Shown here one piece after another: positions 9,642 through 17,449 of a stretch of DNA of 64,000 bases; position 1 is the stretch's first letter; each line of letters begins with the position of its first letter. The DNA is taken from positions 8,188 through 72,187 of the forward strand of contig CANQYI010000004.1 in assembly GCA_947628005.1 (NCBI GenBank), given 5' to 3'. The position numbers and the translations under genes were made by a program. The notes beneath the pieces are model-generated. The model saw only the letters and a program-made list of their open reading frames with translations. It did no database searches and was not told the DNA's origin. This DNA comes from an uncultured Clostridia bacterium. Its GTDB lineage: Bacteria; Bacillota; Clostridia; TANB77; CAG-465.

Positions 9642-11531
9642 TTGATAGAAAAAGAAAACATAAAAGAGAATAATAATTATAGAAGAAAAAGAGTTATAAA
9701 AAAAGATAATTATGAAGAACGTAATGAAAAAGTTAAGATTGATGTAAAAAATAAATTAAATAAGAGAAGTTCTTTGAAGGTAGAGTTTTCTAATATTGAT
9801 GAGAGTAATAATGGAAAACAAGAAAGAAGATCAAGAGGTAATATTTTTACAAAATCAAAACTAAAAATTATACCTTTAGGAGGTATGAATGAAATAGGAA
9901 AAAATATGACTGTAATAGAGTATGAAAATGATATTATAGTTGTAGATTGTGGTCTAGCATTTCCTGAAGATGAAATGTTAGGGGTAGATTTGGTTATACC
10001 AGATTTTACATATTTAGAAAAAAATAAAGATAAGGTAAAAGCACTAGTTATTACTCATGGTCATGAAGATCATATAGGTGCGATACCATATTTTTTGAAG
10101 AAGATAAATGTTCCGATTTATGGAACAAAATTAACTTTAGGACTTATTAAGGCAAAACTTCAAGAACATAATTTAGACAAAAGTACAAAATTAAAATGTG
10201 TAGCTCCAAGAGATGTAGTGTCTATTGGAAAATTTAAAGTTGAATTTGTAAAGGTAATTCATTCTATAGCAGATTCAGTTGCACTTGCTATAACTACACC
10301 AGTTGGAGTAGTTTTTCATACAGGAGATTTTAAAATAGATTATACTCCTATAGATTCTATACCAATGGACTTTGAGAGAATTTGTGAAATTGGTAAAAAA
10401 GGTGTACTACTTATGATGTCTGATAGTACTAATGTCCAAAGACCAGGACACACTATGTCAGAAAGAAGTGTAGGACGTGAATTTGATAAAATATTTACTA
10501 ACTGTACGAAAAGAATAATAGTTGCAACATTTGCATCTAATATTCACAGAATGCAACAAATAATTAATTCAGCCGTAAAGTTTAAAAGAAAAGTTGCAGT
10601 AGTTGGACGTAGTATGCTAAATGTTATGCAGGTAGCTTCTGAGCTTGGTTATCTTAGTGCTCCAGAGGGAACACTAATAGATATTGATAAAATAGGAATT
10701 TATAATCCAGAACAACTTGTAATAATTACAACAGGTTCTCAAGGTGAACCAATGTCTGCACTTTCGCGTATGGCAATGGGTGAACACAAAAAGGTACAAA
10801 TTACACCTGAAGACCTTATTATATTTTCATCATCTCCAATTCCAGGAAACGAAAAATCAATTGGTAGAGTAATGGATGAACTTGAAAGAATGGGCGCAGA
10901 GGTAATATATAATCAATTAGCTGATGTACACGTTTCAGGTCACGCTTGTCAAGAAGAATTAAAATTAATGTTGTCTTTAATAAAGCCAAAATATTTTATG
11001 CCAGTTCATGGTGAATATAGATTTTTAAAACATCATGGCGAACTTGCAGTAAGTGTTGGAGTTAAAAAGGAAAATATTTTCTTAAATGAAAATGGTAGAA
11101 TATTAGAAATAGGAGAAGACGGCGCAAAATTATCTACACAAGTCCAATCAGGAATTGTTTTAGTTGACGGATTAGGAGTAGGAGATGTAGGTAATATCGT
11201 ACTTCATGATAGACAACTTTTATCTGAAAATGGAATGATAATTGTTGTAATTGGTCTTGATAGAAAAACTGCTAAAGTTGTTTCTGGACCAGATATTGTT
11301 ACACGTGGATTTGTATATGTAAGAGAAAGTGAAGGCTTAATGGAAGAAATAAAAGATATTGCTAGAAAAGAATTACAAAAATGTGAAGATCAAAGTGTAA
11401 GAGAGTGGTCTATTATAAAAACAAATGTAAAAGAGGCATTAATGAAATACATATATACTAAGACTAAAAGACAACCAATGGTACTACCAATACTTATGGA
11501 TATAGATTTAGAAAAAAATATTAACAATTAA
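9642..11531 (+). CDS. rnj: Ribonuclease J with an N-terminal basic extension of about 75 aa
   Basis: TTG start 6 nt after AAGGAGG. Metallo-beta-lactamase HGHEDHIGA, beta-CASP region and C-terminal domain are present. The conserved core begins at LKIIPLGGMNEIGKNM. Confidence 0.93.
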   Translation: MIEKENIKENNNYRRKRVIKKDNYEERNEKVKIDVKNKLNKRSSLKVEFSNIDESNNGKQERRSRGNIFTKSKLKIIPLGGMNEIGKNMTVIEYENDIIVVDCGLAFPEDEMLGVDLVIPDFTYLEKNKDKVKALVITHGHEDHIGAIPYFLKKINVPIYGTKLTLGLIKAKLQEHNLDKSTKLKCVAPRDVVSIGKFKVEFVKVIHSIADSVALAITTPVGVVFHTGDFKIDYTPIDSIPMDFERICEIGKKGVLLMMSDSTNVQRPGHTMSERSVGREFDKIFTNCTKRIIVATFASNIHRMQQIINSAVKFKRKVAVVGRSMLNVMQVASELGYLSAPEGTLIDIDKIGIYNPEQLVIITTGSQGEPMSALSRMAMGEHKKVQITPEDLIIFSSSPIPGNEKSIGRVMDELERMGAEVIYNQLADVHVSGHACQEELKLMLSLIKPKYFMPVHGEYRFLKHHGELAVSVGVKKENIFLNENGRILEIGEDGAKLSTQVQSGIVLVDGLGVGDVGNIVLHDRQLLSENGMIIVVIGLDRKTAKVVSGPDIVTRGFVYVRESEGLMEEIKDIARKELQKCEDQSVREWSIIKTNVKEALMKYIYTKTKRQPMVLPILMDIDLEKNINN

Positions 11532-11545
11532 GGAGGAAAAGTAAA

Positions 11546-13240
11546 GTGGATGAGGCTTTAAAGGAAAAATATGAAAAACTTAGTAATTTAATATTTCCAG
11601 ATGTAACCAAAACAGTTGAAGACTTGGAAAAAAGATATCCAAAAAGAGACTTGCCAGAGAATGCAATGGTTACAAGATTTGCACCATCTCCAACTGGATT
11701 TTTACACACAGGTGCTCTGTTTACAACTCTTATAGATAAACTTTTAGCTTTAAAGAGTAATGGAACATATTATCTAAGAATTGAAGATACAGATTCAAAG
11801 CGTGAAGTTAGTGGTAGTGTTAAATTATTTACTGAAGAATTAGAGAAGTTTGGACTTGCTCCAAAAGAAGGAGTTATATCAGAGACAGAAGAAGTTGGAG
11901 ATTATGGACCATATCGCCAAAGCAAAAGAGCAGACATATATAGAATATGTGCAAAGTATTTAGTACAAAAAGGTCTTGCGTATCCATGCTTTTGTACTCA
12001 AGAAATGATAGATGCTACAAGGAAAGCTCAAGAAGCCAGTAAAATTGTCCCAGGCTATTATGGAGTATATGCAAAATGTAGAAATATATCAGTTGATGAA
12101 TCTATTAAAAGAGTAGAGAATGGGGAAGAATTTATTTTACGTTTTAGAAGTCAAGGCTCACATCTACAAAAAACTTCTTTTATAGATGGTGGTAGAGGAA
12201 AAATAGAACTTGCTCAAAACGATCAAGACATTGTTTTGATAAAAAAAGATGGGCTTCCAACTTATCACTTTGCACATGTGGTAGACGATCATTTTATGCG
12301 TACTACACATGTTGTTAGAGGAGAAGAATGGATACCATCAACACCAATACACTTAGAATTATTTGAAGCAATGGGATTTGAAAAAGTAACTTATGTTCAC
12401 GTTCCACTCATAATGGTTAAAGAGGGAGAAAGTAAACGTAAATTAAGTAAAAGAAAAGATAAAGAAGCAGCTGTATCATACTTTTTAAAAGCTGGCTATG
12501 AAAAAGATGCAATGATAGAATATCTAATGACTTTAGCAAATTCAGATTTTGAATCTTGGAGATCTAAAAATAGGGAACAAGATGTTTTTGATTTCAATTT
12601 TAAAATAGATAGGATGAGTTCATCTGGTTCATTACTAGATATTCCAAAATTAAATGATATTTCTAAAGAAATAATAGCAAAAATGGACAGCAAGACACTT
12701 TTAGAAAAAGTTACTTCATGGGCTAAAGAGTATGATAATGATTTGCTAAATATATTAAATAGAGATTTAGATTATACAAAGAAAATATTTGCTTTAGAAA
12801 GAGATAATGCTAAAAAGGTACGTAAAGATATATATAAGTGGGAAGATATATTAAAGACATTCTTTTATTTCTTTAATGATTTATTTAAAAATGATATTGA
12901 AGAAAATGGAAGAGAATATGAAAATTTACTAAAAGAAAATACAAAATTAAATGTTGGTATTATAAATAAGGTATTAAGTGCTTATTTATCTTCTTACAGT
13001 GAAAATCATTCTAAAGAAGAATGGTTTGAAAATTTAAAAAATACGGCTTCAAATCTTGGATTTTGTACTGACATGAAAGAATATAAGAAAAATCCAGATA
13101 ATTATATAGGTAGCACTGCTGATTTTGCTTCAATTATAAGAATTGCTATTACCAACAGAAAAAATAGTCCTGATATTTATGAAATTATGCAAATCTTAGG
13201 AAAAGATGAAGTTAAAAATAGATTAAATATAACATTATAA
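11546..13240 (+). CDS. gltX: Glutamate--tRNA ligase (long form, 564 aa)
   Basis: GTG start after AGGAGG. Class I motifs PSPTGFLHTG (HIGH) and KLSKRK (KMSKS), plus RIEDTD. Confidence 0.9.
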   Translation: MDEALKEKYEKLSNLIFPDVTKTVEDLEKRYPKRDLPENAMVTRFAPSPTGFLHTGALFTTLIDKLLALKSNGTYYLRIEDTDSKREVSGSVKLFTEELEKFGLAPKEGVISETEEVGDYGPYRQSKRADIYRICAKYLVQKGLAYPCFCTQEMIDATRKAQEASKIVPGYYGVYAKCRNISVDESIKRVENGEEFILRFRSQGSHLQKTSFIDGGRGKIELAQNDQDIVLIKKDGLPTYHFAHVVDDHFMRTTHVVRGEEWIPSTPIHLELFEAMGFEKVTYVHVPLIMVKEGESKRKLSKRKDKEAAVSYFLKAGYEKDAMIEYLMTLANSDFESWRSKNREQDVFDFNFKIDRMSSSGSLLDIPKLNDISKEIIAKMDSKTLLEKVTSWAKEYDNDLLNILNRDLDYTKKIFALERDNAKKVRKDIYKWEDILKTFFYFFNDLFKNDIEENGREYENLLKENTKLNVGIINKVLSAYLSSYSENHSKEEWFENLKNTASNLGFCTDMKEYKKNPDNYIGSTADFASIIRIAITNRKNSPDIYEIMQILGKDEVKNRLNITL

Positions 13241-13252
13241 TGTAAATTTTAA

Positions 13253-13285
13253 ATAATAGGATAGCTAGTATCCTATTATTTTTTA
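13253..13285 (+). terminator. Rho-independent terminator
   Basis: ataataggata / tatcctattat perfect 11-bp stem, gctag loop, T-run. Confidence 0.65.
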
Positions 13286-13367
13286 TATTTAGAATTATTT
13301 TTAATATTTTCCTTTAAAAATAATTTTTATTATGATAAAATTATTATATATGTTTAGAGGAGAAAGT

Positions 13368-14555
13368 ATGAGAAACATTGAGGAAAATATAGATAAATTA
13401 AATAAATATTTTGAATATAGAGATAGTATAACAGTAGATATTGTAGATTTGGTAAAATCACTTGCAATAGCAAATGGAGTTAATATAAAAAAGACAAGAG
13501 GAGTTGAAATAGCAGAAAAATTAATTCCTAAAAAAAAGCATACAATATTTATTATTTTAGATGGATTTGGATTTTATAAATTAAGTAGACTTGATAAAGA
13601 TTCTATATTAAAACAGAATGCTAAAATGAGAATAAAGACTGTAAATCCAACTTCTACTGCTGCAGTTTTAACAAGTATTGTTTCTGCTTCATATCCGAAC
13701 GAACACGGAATATACGGATGGTGGGATTATAATAAAGATTATAAATTAAATTATTACCCACTTTTATTAGAAGAAAGAAAAACTGGTGAAAAGTTATCAG
13801 ATAAAAATATAAGTACACAAGATATATTTAAATTTGTTAGTATATTTGATAAATTTAAAACCAATGTCAATGTCTACGAAAAAATAGAAATTATTAATTC
13901 TGAATATACAAAAATGTTTAGCTCAAATGCGCAAAGACATGGCTTTTATTCTGTAAAAGAATGTTTTGAAAAAATATATAAAAATCTACAAGATAGCAAA
14001 GAGCCTACTTTTAATTATGTTTATATTGATGGAATTGATGAGGCTTCACATCAAAATGGTGTAGATAGTATAGAGGTCTCTAAAATAATTGATACAGTTG
14101 AAAATGGAATAAAATATATTAAAGAAAATCTTGATGATGTTGGATTTGTACTTACAGCAGACCATGGACAAATTGATATGGCAAATATGTTATATTTAAA
14201 TAAAGATAAGGACTTTAGTAAATATTTTTATGCATTGCCATCAATCGACACCAGAATGATTAGCTTCTTTGTAAAAGATGAATATAAAAAAGAATTTGAA
14301 ACTGAATTTATGAAAAGCTTTTCTGAAGATGTAATTTTACTTACAAAAGAGGAAGCTAAAAAGTGTAAATTATTTGGTACAGACACATATACAAAACATG
14401 CCGATAAGTCTTTGGGTGAATATATAGCAGTAGTTGTAAATAATAAATTTATGGTATGTGATAAGATAATGGTAGATGATTATATTCATACTAAAGGAAA
14501 TCATTCTGGCCTTACTAAAGAAGAAGTAACAGTACCTTTTGTTGTTATTGAGTAA
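13368..14555 (+). CDS. Alkaline phosphatase superfamily protein (nucleotide pyrophosphatase/phosphodiesterase type)
   Basis: ATG at 13368 after AGAGGAG. Motifs: IILDGFG, NPTSTAAVLTSIVSASYPNEHGIYGW (nucleophile Thr region), DGIDEASHQNG, LTADHGQ. Confidence 0.7.
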   Translation: MRNIEENIDKLNKYFEYRDSITVDIVDLVKSLAIANGVNIKKTRGVEIAEKLIPKKKHTIFIILDGFGFYKLSRLDKDSILKQNAKMRIKTVNPTSTAAVLTSIVSASYPNEHGIYGWWDYNKDYKLNYYPLLLEERKTGEKLSDKNISTQDIFKFVSIFDKFKTNVNVYEKIEIINSEYTKMFSSNAQRHGFYSVKECFEKIYKNLQDSKEPTFNYVYIDGIDEASHQNGVDSIEVSKIIDTVENGIKYIKENLDDVGFVLTADHGQIDMANMLYLNKDKDFSKYFYALPSIDTRMISFFVKDEYKKEFETEFMKSFSEDVILLTKEEAKKCKLFGTDTYTKHADKSLGEYIAVVVNNKFMVCDKIMVDDYIHTKGNHSGLTKEEVTVPFVVIE

Positions 14556-14568
14556 GGAGTGAATAACC

Positions 14569-14730
14569 TTGGAAGAAAATAATAAAATAATTGAAAATAT
14601 AAAAGCTACAATGGCTATGGAAAAATTATTCTTAAATAATGATGATGTAGAATTATTACAAGATTATTTGAATAATAATATATTGGAAGCAGATGCAGTA
14701 GAAAAAATAAAATCTCAATTTTTGAATTAG
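14569..14730 (+). CDS. VbhA-like Fic antitoxin (53 aa, TTG start, absent from the ORF track)
   Basis: AAGGAG (14554-14559) lies 9 nt before TTG 14569. Translation: LEENNKIIENIKATMAMEKLFLNNDDVELLQDYLNNNILEADAVEKIKSQFLN. TMAMEK fits the inhibitory (S/T)xxxE(G/N) motif except at the last position. The ORF ends 12 nt before the Fic gene. Confidence 0.55.
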   Translation: MEENNKIIENIKATMAMEKLFLNNDDVELLQDYLNNNILEADAVEKIKSQFLN

Positions 14731-14742
14731 GGGAGAAAAAAT

Positions 14743-15336
14743 ATGTATGACGCAATTAATTCAAAATACACATATAAAAATAGTAATGTTCTAATAAATA
14801 AGTTAGATATAAGAGATGAAGAAAAATTAAAAGAGTACGAAAAAAAGATTGTAGCATTAAAACTAATTTCTATAAGAAAGCTAGCAAAGGACGTATTTGG
14901 AAATACTTACAATGAAAAAAGATTAAAATTTATACATGAACATCTATTTTTTGAAGTATATGATTTTGCAGGAAAGTATAGAGAGGAAAATATTACGAAA
15001 GAAAATTTTAAGTTTTCAGATTATATTTATATACATGATAACATTAAAGCTATAATGAATAAAATTAATTTGGAAGACTTAAGGAAATTAAACTTTGATG
15101 AATTAGTAGTTTTTATATCAAGTATTATGACTGACTTAAATGTATTACATGCTTTTCGTGAGGGAAATGGTAGAACAACACGTGAGTTTATAAGAGAATT
15201 GCTAGAAGATTTAGGTTATGAAATCAATTTTTTCAAAATAGATTATGATGATATAGTTATGGTTAGTAAACTTGCTGTTATAGATGAGACAGAACAAATA
15301 AAATTACTAAAAAAATCTATTAAAAAAATTAATTAA
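14743..15336 (+). CDS. Fic-domain protein (putative adenylyltransferase toxin, class I)
   Basis: Canonical Fic motif HAFREGNGRTTR (HxFx(D/E)GNGRxxR). 197 aa single-domain size. No internal inhibitory SxxxE(G/N) helix seen. Confidence 0.9.
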   Translation: MYDAINSKYTYKNSNVLINKLDIRDEEKLKEYEKKIVALKLISIRKLAKDVFGNTYNEKRLKFIHEHLFFEVYDFAGKYREENITKENFKFSDYIYIHDNIKAIMNKINLEDLRKLNFDELVVFISSIMTDLNVLHAFREGNGRTTREFIRELLEDLGYEINFFKIDYDDIVMVSKLAVIDETEQIKLLKKSIKKIN

Positions 15337-15362
15337 TAATAAAGGAGAATATTAAAGTACAA

Positions 15363-16286
15363 ATGAATAAGAAAAAAATAATAATTACAATATGTATATG
15401 TACTCTACTTATTTTACTGTTAATATTAAGTATTATTTTTAGAAAATATATAAATCAAAAAAATGCTTTGCAAACTATGAGTGATGTAGATGTATATATT
15501 TATGACGATAATGAAGATTATGTAGAAGATATAGAAGATGAAAAAGAAATTGTAAATATTGAAGATTTAGAAGAAGAAAAAGAAGAACAAGAAGAACAAG
15601 AAGTACAAAATCAGGAGCCAGAAAAAGCAGAGTCACAACCTAAAAAGCCAACCATAAATTTTACTAGTCCATATTACATTAAAATAAATTACTTAGCCAA
15701 TGTTGTAAATATATATACTAAAAATGAAAATGGGGAATATGTAAATCCATTTAAAGCAATGGTATGCTCAACTGGTACTGAAACACCTAGGTCAGGACAG
15801 TACAAAATACAGTACAGGTGGAAATGGTTAGGCCTTATTGGAAATGTATATGGTCAGTACAGCACTCAAATAGTAGGAGATATTTTGTTTCATTCAGTTC
15901 CTTATACTGCAACAAGACAGGATTGCCTCGAATATTGGGAGTATGATAAACTTGGAACAAGTGCTTCTGCAGGATGTATAAGACTTCAAGTTTCAGATGC
16001 AAAGTGGATATATGATAATGTCCCTTCAGGAACAATAGTAGAATTTTATGCTGATTCTAATCCAGGACCTTTTGGAAAACCTTCTGCAAGAAAAATTTCA
16101 GATAATACTACTTGTAGAAATTGGGATCCAACAGATCCATCTTCTGATAATCCGTGGAATACTTATGTTGAACCACAACCAGAGCCACAGCCTGAACCGG
16201 AACCTGAACCGGATCCTAAACCTGAACCTGATCCTGATAAAGGAGATCCATCAGAGGGCGATAAAGATGTAGATATATATTCATAA
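15363..16286 (+). CDS. L,D-transpeptidase (YkuD domain) with N-terminal anchor, acidic linker and Pro-rich tail
   Basis: TM helix IIITICICTLLILLLILSIIF. Catalytic HSVPY...SAGCIRL. C-terminal PQPEPQPEPEPEPDPKPEPDPD. Confidence 0.85.
   Translation: MNKKKIIITICICTLLILLLILSIIFRKYINQKNALQTMSDVDVYIYDDNEDYVEDIEDEKEIVNIEDLEEEKEEQEEQEVQNQEPEKAESQPKKPTINFTSPYYIKINYLANVVNIYTKNENGEYVNPFKAMVCSTGTETPRSGQYKIQYRWKWLGLIGNVYGQYSTQIVGDILFHSVPYTATRQDCLEYWEYDKLGTSASAGCIRLQVSDAKWIYDNVPSGTIVEFYADSNPGPFGKPSARKISDNTTCRNWDPTDPSSDNPWNTYVEPQPEPQPEPEPEPDPKPEPDPDKGDPSEGDKDVDIYS
16170..16238 (+). repeat. Coding dipeptide repeat (X-Pro)n
   Basis: 23 codons alternating E/Q/D/K with P (gaa cca caa cca gag cca cag cct gaa ccg ...). 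This explains the spurious overlapping ORFs 16048-16272(+) and 16163-16399(-). Confidence 0.9.
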
Positions 16287-16288
16287 AA

Positions 16289-16319
16289 AAGACCTTGGAA
16301 AAATTCCAAGGCCTTTTCT
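16289..16319. terminator. Bidirectional terminator
   Basis: aagaccttggaa / ttccaaggcctt hairpin (one mismatch) between convergent genes. Confidence 0.6.
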
Positions 16320-16997
16320 TTAAAACAGAATAACTGCATTATTATTTCTTGTTTCATCATATCTGCAGTAAAGGTTGTTATTAGGATCTTGTGGGTCAAG
16401 GGTAGATTTTATATCACATTCTACGACAGCACCGTAGCTTTTGAATAATTTAAATATGTAATCCTTTAAATTGGATTTTATATCATCGTAAAAGTAGTTG
16501 GTGGCAAGAGCAACAGTGACTTTTATGTTTAACTCGTGGAAACTTTCTATTATGTTTGAAAAGACAAAGTTAGCAATCTTTTCGTTTGTAAGACAGTGCC
16601 TTAGAATTGTACCGATGCATTTTTTACCAGTAGAAAGACCTTCAAAACAAATAACAGGCGCTTCTTTTGAGTATGCAACGCAGGCCACTTTATCTTTTTC
16701 ATTGAATATTACGAAATCTGCAGATGGCCGTAATAGACTTTTTCCAGTTACACAGCTTAAAAATATTTCACTGGGATCCAGAAATGTAGCGGTTTGAGGG
16801 CAGTATTCCATAATGGTAGGAATATACAAGCCCAAATTCATTTCCTGTATAGGTGTAAGTGACTGAGCTATTATTTTGTATCCTTTGGGTATTTTCTTAG
16901 ATATAATATCTAAGGCCTCAAGAATATCTTTAAAAGATATATGTGAGGGCACGAATGAAAAACCTTTCGGCAGTTCTTTTCCTAAGCATATTATCAT
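16320..16997 (-). CDS. Hypothetical protein (very weak PgeF/YfiH-like resemblance), GC3-enriched
   Basis: 225-aa ORF with a GGAGG RBS. The C-terminal LYCRYDETRNNNAVIL loosely recalls the FFSYRR...GR tail of DUF152 proteins. Codons such as ctg, ccg, gtg, ccc, gcc, cgg are atypical for this genome. Confidence 0.45.
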   Translation of the reverse strand: MIICLGKELPKGFSFVPSHISFKDILEALDIISKKIPKGYKIIAQSLTPIQEMNLGLYIPTIMEYCPQTATFLDPSEIFLSCVTGKSLLRPSADFVIFNEKDKVACVAYSKEAPVICFEGLSTGKKCIGTILRHCLTNEKIANFVFSNIIESFHELNIKVTVALATNYFYDDIKSNLKDYIFKLFKSYGAVVECDIKSTLDPQDPNNNLYCRYDETRNNNAVILF

Positions 16998-17140
16998 AGT
17001 AAATCCTCCAATCCAATTATGTGTTGTTAGAAATTAAAAAAACGTACTACTATTATAACATAATTTATTATTTGTGTCAATTTAGCATAATTTAGAGTAT
17101 AATTTAGAGTATAATAAACTAAAAAATATAATTTGGGTAT

Positions 17141-17168
17141 TTACAACAAAACGTACATATGATATAAT
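17141..17168 (+). promoter_or_regulatory. ileS leader promoter TTACAA-16-(TG)ATATAAT
   Basis: TTACAA at 17141-17146 and TATAAT at 17163-17168 preceded by TGA. Confidence 0.5.
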
Positions 17169-17174
17169 TTCATG

Positions 17175-17422
17175 TGTAAAAACTATGACAGGAACGAGTA
17201 ATAGTATTTCAAAATACATAAGCGAGCTAGGGACGGTGAGAGCCTAGTTAAAGTAGGGTACTATGAAAATCATCCTCGAGTTGCAAGCTGAAAAGAGAAA
17301 TCTTATTAAGTGTAGCCGTTTTCCTCACGTTACAGAGGACACATATGTTAGTATGGTGTATAATTAGGTTAAGTAAGATATTAGTCGCATATGCCTTTTT
17401 ATACCTGGCATGTGCGTTTTTT
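17175..17422 (+). promoter_or_regulatory. T-box leader, Ile specifier (AUC), with terminator
   Basis: Stem I elements ACGAGTA, AGCGAG and GGTGAGAGCC. Specifier-loop-like GAAAATCATCC carries AUC followed by A. A TGGT (in gtaTGGTgta) could pair with the ACCA end of tRNA-Ile. Terminator cgcatatgcc (17386-17395)/ggcatgtgcg (17407-17416) plus T6. The canonical T-box 14-mer is only loosely matched. Confidence 0.7.
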
Positions 17423-17449
17423 CATACAATATTTTAAGGAGGAGTTTTT

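Noticed and set aside
13368-14555. PglZ/BREX-type defence component
   Set aside because: It belongs to the alkaline phosphatase superfamily, but none of the other BREX genes (methyltransferase, BrxC, BrxL) is nearby. The motifs fit ordinary nucleotide pyrophosphatase/phosphodiesterase enzymes.
16048-16399. ORFs 16048-16272(+) and 16163-16399(-)
   Set aside because: They are alternative-frame readings of the (X-Pro)n coding repeat at the end of the L,D-transpeptidase gene.
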